Source of the DNA: the human T2T-CHM13v2.0 reference genome, Homo sapiens
DNA: 64,000 nt
Strand: one strand, 5' to 3'
NCBI RefSeq assembly: GCF_009914755.1
Contig: NC_060947.1
Numbering within the stretch: the first letter of the stretch is position 1; every line of letters begins with the position of its first letter. Positions 40,170 to 54,179 of the stretch are shown here, piece by piece. The position numbers and the translations under genes were made by a program. A model generated the notes under the pieces. That model was not told the DNA's origin and ran no database searches. It worked only from the letters and a program-made list of their open reading frames with translations.

Positions 40170-40555
40170 TGTATTAGTCCATTCTCATGCTACTGTTAAA
40201 GACATACCCAAGACTGGGTAAATTATAAAGAAAAAGAGGTTTAATGAACTCAAAGTTCCACATGGCTGGGGAGGCCTCACAATCATGGCAGAAGGTGAAT
40301 GAGGAGCAAAGTCACGTCTTACATGGTGGCAGGCAAGAGAGAATGAGAACCAAGCAAAAGGGGTTTCCTCTTATAAAACCATCAGATCTTGTGAGATTTA
40401 TTCACTACCATGAGAGCAGTATAGGGGAAACTGCCCACATGATTCAATTATCTCCCACCGGGTCCCTCCCACAACATGTGGGAATATGGTAGATGAGATC
40501 TGGGTAGGGACAATTCAAGATGAGATTTGGGTAGGGACACAGCCAAACCATATCA
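40170..40555 (-). mobile_element. THE1 (B/C-like) solo LTR
   Basis: TGTATTAGTCCATTCTCA...CCAAACCATATCA; TSD TTGAT / TCGAT. Confidence 0.94.
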
Positions 40556-40684
40556 TCGATGTCTGCTCACCCCCAAATTCAAATTTTGCTGTTTCCAAGT
40601 ATCCCCCTGTTTTACTGGGTTCAAGCCAAATGTCACTTCATTCACCAAGATGCCCTGATTTTCTTTTAGAGGTAATCTATTTTA

Positions 40685-41270
40685 GATACATGCACTTGTA
40701 TGTTTATCACAGTGCTATAGTGCAATATAGTAAACACATAGAGTCAGGTTTCCATCACTGGTGGATCAGATAAAGAAAATGTGGTGCATATGGACCATGA
40801 AATACTACACAGTCATAAAAAAGAACAACATCATGTTCTTTTCAGCAACATGGTTGTAGCTAGATAAAGAAAATGTGGTGCATATGGACCATGAAATAAT
40901 ACACAGTCATAAAAAAGAGCAACATCATGTTCTTTTCAGCAACATGGTTGTAGCTAGAGGTTATTATCCTAAGTGAATTAATATAGGAATGGAAAACCAA
41001 ATGCCACAGGTTTTCATTGATAAGTGGAAGCTAAACATTGGACACTTGTGAGCATAAAAATGGGAACAGTAGACACTGGTAGCTACTAAAGCAGGAAGGG
41101 ATGGAGGGGGGCGATAGTCAAAAAACTAACTGTTGGGTACTCTGCGCAATACTTGGGTGGTGAGGTCAATCGTACCCTCAACCTCAGCATCATGCAGTAT
41201 ACTCAGGTAACAAATCTGCACATGTATGCCCTGAATCCAAACTAAAAGTGAAAGATACTTTTAAAAAGTA
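40685..41270 (+). mobile_element. Old L1PA/PREC 3' end containing a 94-bp tandem duplication
   Basis: GATAAAGAAAATGTGG...AACCTCAGCATCATGCAGTATAC...CTGCACATGTA. Confidence 0.85.
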
Positions 41271-41964
41271 ATATTTTTTCTCTAAAAGCCAATATACTGC
41301 TATTTTTCTAAATTACATGCTTCATATTTTACCTTGTATTATGTCTATTTGTGTTTTTGCTTTTTAACCTTAATTATACTGTCATATTCCATTTTTCACT
41401 CTAGAACTCCCAATAGGTACAAAGACAAATATCTGCTTAATGAATTAATAATTTGCCTCAATAGATCCTCAAATATAAATTTGGATCAACCAGTAATTAT
41501 TACCAAGATTTCTCAAATATTATCAGGCCATATAAATAATTGAAGAAATCTAATCACAAAGAGTTCCTGCTATCATTATGCAAGGCCTCTCTCCCCAATG
41601 ATGAAATTACGTACTTCAGATCAACCCCGCAGAAACTCAAACATTAGCAAATTCATGAGATGTGTTTCTGTTTCCACCCCAGCACTCAAATTTAGCTGCG
41701 TCAATATGGTCTTTGCTTGACTCAACGATGCCATCACATTATCCCATTTACAAGGCTGGCTGCTCTTGATATATTTTGCAAAATACTTGTGAAGTATAGG
41801 CTGCTTTCATGCAAAAGGCATTAATAAGAGCAGAAGTCTTCATCTAAGACAACCAATTATCCTTAAGACTAAAAGCATAAGCAAACAGTTAATGAATTTG
41901 TTAATTGTTTTTCCATTCTTTGGAGCTTTATGTGATCTCTAGTTGTTAAAGATACTGTAATTAA

Positions 41965-42461
<497 letters not shown>

Positions 42462-42749
42462 AGGCTAAATTTAACACATGGCTCAGTTAGACTCACTTTT
42501 GCACCACAAACAAACTAGGTATTTTGTCAGTCTTTCCCACTGAGTAAATAACACATTCATGTGCTTGACACAAAGCAAAAAACCTGGAAGTGATTCATTG
42601 TATTGGCATGAAATCCCCAAAACACCCCAGACCTACTCACATGCCCAGATGCTGCCATTTTCATCCAAGCTGCCATTATGTCTTACAGGGAGTCCTAGGT
42701 GGCCATAGCAGGGCTATTTCCAAGCAGTTCCAGGAGTTATCAGCATTAA

Positions 42750-43650
<901 letters not shown>

Positions 43651-43827
43651 TTACTTCACGTAGACTCCATTTAATTGCTATTGTCCCATTTGGGTGCATG
43701 AAACATTTATCTGAATACACATATAAAACATGGTATCACTCTGCTAAATCAGTTGAATGTGTATTGAGACATCACTGATGTCTAGGTAATGTAGACGAAT
43801 GCTGTTTGATTCTTCAGGGTTTCCTCA

Positions 43828-44470
43828 TGCAAGGGCTAAGGCAAAACTTCCCCTTCTCCTCTGAAGTTTTGCTGAATAATCAGCTCTCAAAAGGCAGATT
43901 AATTGGAGGAAAGGTATACAAATTTTGTTAACATGTACACAAGATCATTCAGAATGAAAACCCAAAGATACAGGGAAACTGTCCATTTTTATATTTAGGT
44001 TCAACAAAGTACGGACAGCTATGTATAAATAGGATTGGATAAAAAGGGCCTGATCTTACGCTAATGGACTGAGGGCAGAAACCCAGCCGGGCCTGTCTGT
44101 CTAGATTCTTCTTGGGGTCTCTGAGCAGTGCTGCCTTTCTTTCAGGTGTGGGGCAGGACCCTCTCTGGAACAGGGTCTTAGGACCTACAGTCAAACAAGG
44201 TACATCAGGTCATATCTTCATGGCCTGTTTTTACACAGAAAGGTAGGTGTGAGTAGACTCATTTGTTTAGGTTTTATGGCTGGCTTTGGGGAAAAGGGAT
44301 TCTGGTTTCTAGGGCACGCCTTTGGGAAGAGGGATTCTAGTTTCTATGGCACCTCAGGGGAGAATAGAACTGAGAGACAGGAGGCAGGAGAAGGTCAGAG
44401 AGAAAACTTTTGCTTCTGAGGCTGTTGCTGAGGCCTGCGTGTAGGGGTATTGTTTGCTGAGCCCCAGGCA
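43828..44470 (-). mobile_element. MER39-family solo LTR (ERV1)
   Basis: Minus strand GGGGCTCAGCAAACAATACCCC...CCTCAGAAGCAAAAGTTTT; 4-bp TSD CTCA (43824-43827 / 44471-44474). Confidence 0.85.
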
Positions 44471-45536
44471 CTCATTAAGTGGTTAGTGTCCTCATGTGAA
44501 CCATTCTCATGTTGCAGCCTAAATCACAGTGGAGCTACAGTGATTAATAAGTCACCCAATCTAAGTTGCAGTCATCATTTTCCCCTTCCAAGTTAGATTT
44601 CATTTCAAGATTAGCTTTTTAAAAATGGTGCATAGGATTTCATTAAAATAAAACTTTTTACTGTTAAGGTGTTGTTTGAACTTCCATCACTAAAATTGAT
44701 ACTAGATAGCTTCATCACATGGACATCCAAGTGTTCAAAAGGGTAAAAGACATAGGATTGTACTCCCTGGATGTGCAGTTACTGGGGACATACATTTGCT
44801 TAAGCTATTACAGAGATTCCTTTGTGGTGGAAATTAACTTGCTTGCAATTTTTTTCAATGACTATTTCATCTGCTAAGGTGTCAAATCTCTTTCTATTCT
44901 CTGCATGATAGAAGTAAGTGGAGCAGGCCTGGTGTGATTCCCTGATTTATGCTGGGCAGTTAGTGGCCTGTCCAGTCTCACATACACAATAGAGAGCGTT
45001 GGCCTGGAGGTGGTTCAATAACTAATTTAACCTCAAACCTAATTCTTTTAATGATGTATCAATCACAGCCCCTTAAAACGCCCGCGTCAAATGAAAATAT
45101 ACAGCTTCAGCTTGAATTTAATTAATTTATACAGCATTCATTTTACCTTAATGAACACCCCTCTATGTGGACTGAATACTTATGAGTACACATAAATTGC
45201 AGTTCCAATTTTCGCTGTCCATGAAAAGTAAAGCCAGGAGAAATAAAGAAAAATATCATCACCCACCTATTAAAGATAGGTGATGTTTTCTTTCAATCGT
45301 GGGATGCGGGTGGAAAACGAAGAGTGGGAAAAGGAGTGAGAAAAAAACAACTGAATAGACTTAACCACCTATGTTAAGCAATGTGTGAGACATTTTAAAT
45401 ATTTTACCAGATTTGGTCTTCAAGAAAAGTCTATGAAGAGGGAAATGGGTTCTTGGAAAGAGAAAGTGGTTTCTACTCAAGTTGGCTTGGTTTGGAATGG
45501 ATCATTTTCTTTCCATTATGCTATAATGCTACCCTC

Positions 45537-46160
45537 TGAAACTGAGGGCTAACCTGATTAAGCCTGCCAAACATCACCTGCCTTCCTTGCTTTTAACTGT
45601 CTATGTCTAGTTAGTCTTAAAACTTACAGAGCTGAAAGTCACATAGCTAATCAATCCCCTAGTTTCCTATAGATAATATCTCTGACACATGGGTCACCAT
45701 GCTAACAGTTGCTTCAAGTTGTTTATCAGGAACTTGAGGTCAGGTCTTGTCCAGTTCAAGCCAAATTGAGACCATGACCCTTCATCTGGGCCTGTGTGCA
45801 TGCAAGAGAAGTGATCGTTTGATGTCAGAGGGCCAAAAACTCCTCCCTCAAATCATACAAATGCCCTCATTTTCTTCACATGTGTCCCATGAAGAGCCAT
45901 GAAGCTTGACTATGCATGTGCAGACTGTGGACTCCCTCACTTTTTCTTTCCTCCAGTCACCTTTCCCCATGCCGCAGACTGTTGTCCTCTTTCTCCCATA
46001 AACATCCCTAAAACCCCATCTTCAGAAAGGTAGATCTGAGAGCTGTTTTGCCACCTTCTTGCTTGGCAGCCTCATGAGAATAAACTCTTTCTCTCTTGCA
46101 AAACCCATCATCACAGTGGTTGGATTACTGTACACAAAGAGAACGGGCCTGGTTTGTTCT
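45537..46160 (+). mobile_element. ERV1-type solo LTR, family not assigned
   Basis: TGAAACTGAG start, TTTGATGTCAGAGGGCCAAAAACTCC, AATAAACTCTTTCTCT..GCAAAACCC end region; 3' boundary approximate. Confidence 0.65.
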
Positions 46161-46611
46161 CACTTTCAGAGATGGGCAGTAACAATAGGCATACAAAACC
46201 ACTGGATTCTCAAAAGTAGGCTGGTAGAAAGGTTTGGGTTTTGTCCCCAGGTGTGCTGATTGGGTAAGATTCCAAACTTTATGGACGTTGGATTTTGTCC
46301 TTATTTAATAAGGCCCTTGAGCAGAATGGTCTCAGAGGTTAAATTCAACTGCCACTAGCCATATAGTATCAAAAGCTGTTTTGTTGCTGTTTTCTAGGAG
46401 TTAGGCCACAGCTCTGTATATAACAGAAAGACAACTAACAAGGCCGGTTTTGCTTCTTACTTAATATAGACAGATATAAGTATAATGTCAAATGGATGAC
46501 ACTGACCCCACAGAGAGACAAAGAAGAGTAGGCAAATGTCAATGCAATAAAGTAAAACACCTTTGCTCTCTACAGTAAACATGCTATAACTTAGGGATTT
46601 TTAAAAACTAA

Positions 46612-47520
46612 AGCATCTATAGGTAACTTAAACAAATTTGCATGCCAAAAAACAACCCCATTAAAAAGTAGGCAAAGGACAGGAACGGACACTTTTTTAT
46701 AAAGGACATATACACGGCCAACAAGCATGTGAAAAAAAGTTTGATATCACTGATCATTAGAGGAATGCAAATCAAAACCACAATGAGACACTGTCTCACA
46801 CCACTCAGAATGGCTGTTATTTAAAAGTCAAAAAATAATAGATACTGGCGAGGTTGCAAAGAAAAGAGGACACTTACATGCTGCTGGTGGGAGTGTAAGT
46901 TAATTCAACCACTGTGGAAAGTAGTGTGGCAATTCCTCAAAGAACTAAAAGCAGAACTACCATTTGACCCAGCTATCCCATTACTGGGTATATATGCCCA
47001 GAGGAATATGAATCATTCTACCATAAAGACACATGCACACGAATGTTCATTGCAGCACTATTCACAAAAACAAAGACATGGAATCAACCTAAATGCTTAT
47101 TAATGGCAGATTGGATAAAGAAAATATGGTATATATACACCAGGGAATACTATTCAGACATAAAAAAAGAATAAGATCATGTCCTTTGCAGGAACAAGGA
47201 TGGAGCAGGAGGCCATTATGTTTAGCAAACTGATGCAGGAACAGAAAACCAAGTATCACAGGTTCTCACTTATAAGTAGGAGCTGAACAATGAGGACACA
47301 TGAACACATAGAGGAGAACAACACACACTGGGGATTATTAGAGGGGGGAATGTGGAAAGAGGGAGAGGGTCAGAAAAAATAACTCAGGGGTAATAGGCTT
47401 GGTATCTGGGTGATAAAATAATCTATACAACAAACCCCCAAGATACAAACTTACCTATGTAACAAACCTGCACATTTATCCCTGAACTTAAAATAGAAGG
47501 TTTTTTTAATTAAAAAAGAA
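46612..47520 (+). mobile_element. L1PA13-15-like 3' 0.9 kb
   Basis: Degraded ORF2 end (GAAATGCAAATCAAAACCACAATGAGA-type motif) plus 3' UTR. Confidence 0.9.
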
Positions 47521-48451
47521 AATGTGTGTATAGAAGTTCCCATGCTACTTGTCATAGCTAATGAGTGGAAGGCACATTAGTATTTTTCCATAGAGATGAA
47601 ATGAATTGATTAAATGTTACATCCTCATAACATAAAATTGCATCAGGCAATTAAAATAAATGAACTAGAATCTACAGGTATTAACATGAAAATAAATAGT
47701 AAAATGTCTTGTGAGAAAAAAAAGAGTCTTCTAATTAAAAAGTCTGTAAAAAGGTTGGAGACATTATGTTTTGTTAATGGCATGTTTTAGCTTTAAGGGC
47801 ATCCATTGACTATCTACCATGAAAGATGAAACACTTTCTACAGATATCTTCCTGGCACCTACACTCTCTCCAACTTACCAGTTTTTTGTTGTTGTTGTTG
47901 TTATATTGTCATTTTTCAAAAGGCCAAATTTTGTAACAGTTAAATTCAGTTTCCAAAATTCCTTTCATAATTTTATCTTACAACTAAATTGGGATGGATT
48001 TGTTTCATACTAGCACTCATGAGATCAAGCCTTCTAAATTTCAGAGTAATTTTCCCACCATCTGTTTCAATGGGTTTCACCCTTAAGTAGCTCTTCTTCA
48101 AGAAGAAACCTTGGTTGCTGTCATATGTCTTCATACTTCAAGGACAATTGTGAAGAACATATTTGTTTCAATCTTTACAGCTGTTGCCCCATTCCATTCT
48201 GACATAGAGCATCTAAGGCCAGCCTGCTTTTTCTCCATGTTCTACTGGACTTCCTTTTCTTCGTTAATGCCCTCATCTTTATTTTCAATGTTTGGTAGCA
48301 TCTCTAAGTGATGTTTTGGTGAGAAATTTATTGTGTAGCAGTTTTCTGAAAATCAACTTTGAACCACTAGAGTGAAGTCTGATTTATTTTTTAAAATTCC
48401 TCTTATGTTATATCTTTATTTTTTCCTTCTGTTCTTGTCTTCAGGAATGTC

Positions 48452-49545
<1,094 letters not shown>

Positions 49546-50235
49546 GGGAATGTCAGTTATGCAAACATTGTATCCTCTTTGTCTTTTATTGCTATCTAAT
49601 CCAATGCTAAACATGCTTATCTTTCTTTGTGTCATTTGGAGTGATTTCCTAAAATCTATCCACTGTGTTTCTGGCAGTATTTCAGTCTTTTAAATTCTAT
49701 TTTATTGTAATCTAAATAGCATTGTCAACTTTCTTGTTCTTATTTTTCCGCTCTTATGAGCTTTCCCAACTTAATTTGAATCAAGTAATCTGTTGCTTCT
49801 GTTGTTTTGTAATCTCTCTTTTTTTCTTAAAGACATGTATTTCTTTCAACTCATGTTGACAGAAAAATCATGTGTTGAAAATGTATTGTGGGAGTATGAA
49901 AAATGATACTTGAAGAATTTTCTGAAATCACTATTTGCTTATGTGAAGCATATTTTTAATTTTCTTTTTGACTGTTTATCTTGCCACCCCACCCCACCTG
50001 CCTTCTTTGCAGTTTTTAAGCAAGAGTTTTCTGGTGGCTATTTTGACGTTTACTTGTCTTAGAACAGATCATCGGCAATGCGCAGACTAAAATTGAAGGG
50101 ATCTGTTCTACAGCTCTCATTTAGTTTGTTACTTTAAACTTCCTCTTGTGAAATCCGTTATTCTTTGTCCTGGGTGCATATCTCTTCTCAGATTCAAGAG
50201 TTTAGAGAGTTGGTGTAGATGACAGCAAAACCCCT

Positions 50236-50631
50236 TGTATTAGTCCGTTTTCACGCTGCTGATAAAGACATAAAAGACAAAAGGATAAAAGACATATGAT
50301 AAAGACATAACAGAGACTGTAATTTATAAAGCAAAAGGGGTTTAATGGACTTACAGTCCCACATGGCTGGGGAGGCCTCACAATCATGGCAGAAGGTGAA
50401 AGGCACGTCTTACATGGCAGCGGCTAGAGAGAATGAGAGCCAAGTGAAAGGGGTTTCCCCTTATAAAACCATCAGATCTCATGAGACTTACTCACTTCCA
50501 CGAGAACAGTGCAGGGAAAACGGCCCCCATGATTTAATTATCTCCCACCGGGTCCCTCCCACCACACGTGGGAATTATGGGAGCTACAATTCAAGATGAG
50601 ATTTGGGTGGGAACACAGCCAAACCACACCA
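50236..50631 (-). mobile_element. THE1B-like solo LTR
   Basis: TGTATTAGTCCGTTTTCACGCTGCTGATAAAGAC...; TSD CCCCT / TCCCT. Confidence 0.94.
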
Positions 50632-52499
50632 TCCCTTATCCCATCGTTTCTCTGTGGGTGTATTTGTAATCTTGCGATGACTTCCTCCCCAAATTTATTT
50701 AACTTGCTTCAACTAAGGCAGCCTTGTAGAGTTAGCAGTATCTAAGTCTTATGAAAATAATGGGGGTGACAGTTTTTCAAAAATTTCAGATGCTTTTCCC
50801 ACTTTTATTCTCATCAGTATGATTGTATTCTGAGCCCCCCATAAGCATCTCTGGGAGGATGAGGTGGAGGGGAGTTTACAGTCAGCTTTCAACATTCAAA
50901 ATAGGATTTTGGAGCAAGCAGTATCATCTTGATAGACAGGCTTTGTCAAGAGAAAGGATTTACACGCATCCATTTGTATTTCTGCCTAATTACTGGGTCT
51001 GCCTTTCAGACCTCTTACACTTTTTTCTAGAAACTATTTATTTTGATGGAAGACAGGCTGTCAATATCTCCCTCTTCTTGAGAAGACTTCAGAGTTAGCC
51101 AGAAAGTGGCTTGTTGAGTGGTCTGAACTTGTCGTCGTTTCTTGCTTTCATTAAAGATGAAGTTTTCTTCCACTTATTTTACTGAGAAAGAGATTGAAGT
51201 TTAAAATGCTTTACTACTTTAACAGAAATACTGGATAGTTTTGATTTAGGTTATTCATCTTAGAAGAAATTTCTGTAAAAGCTTGACTTTTTGCACCTAG
51301 GGATCATTTTAAAGTTTTTCAAACATTTATACAAGAAATATTCTCAAGCGTCAGCTACAAGACTGTGATTGAGCTAAGTCCTGAATATGTATCAATGAAT
51401 AAATGAACATAGCTACCCATATGTTAGAAAGAGAATAGTCCCCAAGATAAACAAAAATAGAGCAAAGAATGTGGGTCTATGTGCTAAGTAGGAGAGGACG
51501 GTGTCTGGGGAGGGGTTGCCATGGAAGATTCATGAACAAAATGTCTTTTGAGTTAATTCATTCAATCTTAATTTGAATGGCATTTCCCCCTCAAATTCCA
51601 ATATCCCTATTTCTAGCAGAATTAGATTTGTAAGCCAATTTGCCATTCTAGGCATAAAATATATTCCTTCATTTGAAACAGGATTAATTCCTCCTTGAAA
51701 CTGAATAAGCCAATCTCCATTTGAAGAATGAACACCAACTTCATTCAATGCCCTTCTCTCTTCTTCTCTCCATTTCAGAGTAATTTTCAAGTTACTGTCC
51801 TCTCTCATTTTAGATCTGATATGCATCATCACTTTGAAATCATTTCTTTACAAAGTTGGTTCTATTGAATGGAGTTCTTCATTTATTATTTTCCCGAGTT
51901 TTTCATAAATATTTAGGATGTATGTTAGCATGCACATGCTTGACATTAGTACTAAGCTCAGTAAACGTTGGTGGGCATTATATCATTTTAGTGAAGTCTT
52001 GATGTTCAGTTTGGGAGAAGGAGTGACTCACCTTCCAGACATTTTTTCCCCATTTTAAAGTCTTAGCAACTGACATGATTACTCTAGAATAAGTAATTAA
52101 AATTAATTTGAGTTTCTTAATAGTCATGTAAGCACCAATGTTTTCTGTTAGAAAATTAAGTAATTAAGATAACTATTGATCATTACGGATGACAATATAA
52201 ATGAATATTTCCAAAGGGAAGAGCTCTCAATTTTTCATCTATGTACTTAATCACTTAAACTGGAACCTTGTCTACTAAGAAATGATGCTTAAATAATACA
52301 GAAATAAACACATTGCATTGTTGGGCAAATTGAATAAATGTTGAGTTTGAATTATTAAACTGAAAGAAAACATTCTAACTAAAGACAATGACCACTCTCT
52401 CAATTCCTCAGGCATATCTAAAAATACAGAGAAAATAAAATAGCATGTGGTTATTAGGGCTGAGTTATTCTTGAACCTGGCATAGATTCAGGAAAAGAA

Positions 52500-52960
52500 A
52501 ACAGTGCAATTTAAAAGCTATCGCAACTCCACAATGTGAAATTTACCCTAAAGAAATAATCAGATTTACAGAAAGATTTATGTCTGAAGATGTTTATTAC
52601 AATTGTATTGATAATAGTGATCATCAGAAACAAGTCCCAATGCTCAACAATATAAAATTAGTTGAATAAATTTAGTGGTAATATTTAGCCATTAAAAAGC
52701 AGATTAAAATATGTATCACAATGGAATTTTTTGAAAGTATAGCATTATTTTATAAACTTGAATGCAGAATTATATATGCAGTATGAACCTACTTTTTAAA
52801 ACATTTTCATCTAATGTATGTCATGCATAAAATGCACATCATATAAACAATTTAAACATATGACAAAGTGCTCATCTTTGACAAGCAAAAATATCAAAGA
52901 GTTTAAATTATTCCTTTTTGCTTGTCCACATTTTTCAAAATGTTTGCAATAAAACTGTAT
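52500..52960 (+). mobile_element. Degraded L1ME fragment
   Basis: ATTTACCCTAAAGAAATAAT...AAGATGTTTATT...AGCCATTAAAAA. Confidence 0.55.
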
Positions 52961-52969
52961 GACTTTTTA

Positions 52970-53049
52970 TTAGGTTAGTGCAAAAGTAACTGCGGTTTTT
53001 GTCACTGCTCTTCATGGCAAAAACTGCAGTCACTCTTGCACCAACCTAA
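52970..53049. mobile_element. MADE1 (Hsmar1 MITE), full 80 bp
   Basis: TTAGGTTAGTGCAAAAGTAA...TTGCACCAACCTAA palindrome flanked by TA on both sides. Confidence 0.95.
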
Positions 53050-53492
53050 TAAATGAAAAACAAAACCAATGCATTTTATAAAATAGATGCAATGCTATTT
53101 CCTCTTGTCTGAGAGAGCAGATTTTTTAAACACTGTTGACCAGAGATCCTCACTCATGCTAGCACTTCCACTTCTGCATAGATTGCATCTCCTCTCACCT
53201 ACCTTATTAAGGGAGGCAGACCAAAAGAGAAAAAAGGTATGTATATATGTACAATGTAGAGGACTTAGAGTTTGTTAGAAAGAGAATAGTCCTAAAGGGA
53301 AATGAAACACATAACCAAGAATGTGAGTATGTGTATTGAATGGGAGAAGGGGTTATAGAAGGAGTCCACATGGAAGATTTGCCCAGAAAATGTCTTTTGA
53401 GTAAAATTCCAAAAGGTAATTGTGAAAAGCAGAAAACACAAGAAAGGTCCCAAGGAAGGAGTGCATCTACTGTCCAATAAAAGTATGGAGAC

Positions 53493-53883
53493 TGTATCAG
53501 TCCATTCTTGCATTGCTATAAAGACATACCTGACACTGGGTAATTTATAAAGAAAAGAGTTTTAATTGGCTCAAAGTTCTGCAGACTGTACAGGAAACAC
53601 GGTGCCGGCATCTGCTCCACTTTTGGGGAAGCCTCAGGAAACTTATAGTCAGAAGGGGAAGCATGCCCATATTACATGGCTAGAGCAGGAGAGAAGAGGC
53701 GGGGAGATGCCACACACTTTTGAACAACCAGATCTCACAATAGCTCACTCACTATCACAAAAACAGCACCAATGGGAAAATCTGCCCCTGTGATCAATCA
53801 CCTCCCCCCAGGTCCCACTTCCAGCATTGGGGATTACAATTTGACATGAGATTTTGGTGGGGACAGAGATCCAAACTATAACA
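53493..53883 (-). mobile_element. MSTA solo LTR (MaLR)
   Basis: TGTATCAGTCCATTCTTGCATTGCTATAAAG...ATCCAAACTATAACA; 5-bp TSD GAGAC. Confidence 0.92.
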
Positions 53884-54015
53884 GAGACTGAGAAAGATGA
53901 AAAGCCTACTGTTATTTTGAGCAGATAAGTAAAATGATTTGCTATATATATTTCCCTAGGATCACAGCTAAAGTCCTCTGTTGTCTCTGTAGTGTCTTCA
54001 GGATAAAGTTCACAC

Positions 54016-54179
54016 TTTTTATTTTTATTTTAGAGATAGGAGTTTGCTCTGTGGTCCAGGCTGGAGTGCAGTGGTGCGATCATGACTCACTGCAGCCTTG
54101 AACTCCTGGGCTCAAGGGATCCTCCTGCCTCAGCCTCCTGAGTAGCTGGATCTATAGGTGCAGGCCATCATGCCTGACT
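54016..54179 (-). mobile_element. FRAM / Alu monomer inside an L2 relic (~53950-54350)
   Basis: Single monomer with GCAGCCTTGAACTCCTGGGCTCAAG. Confidence 0.85.
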
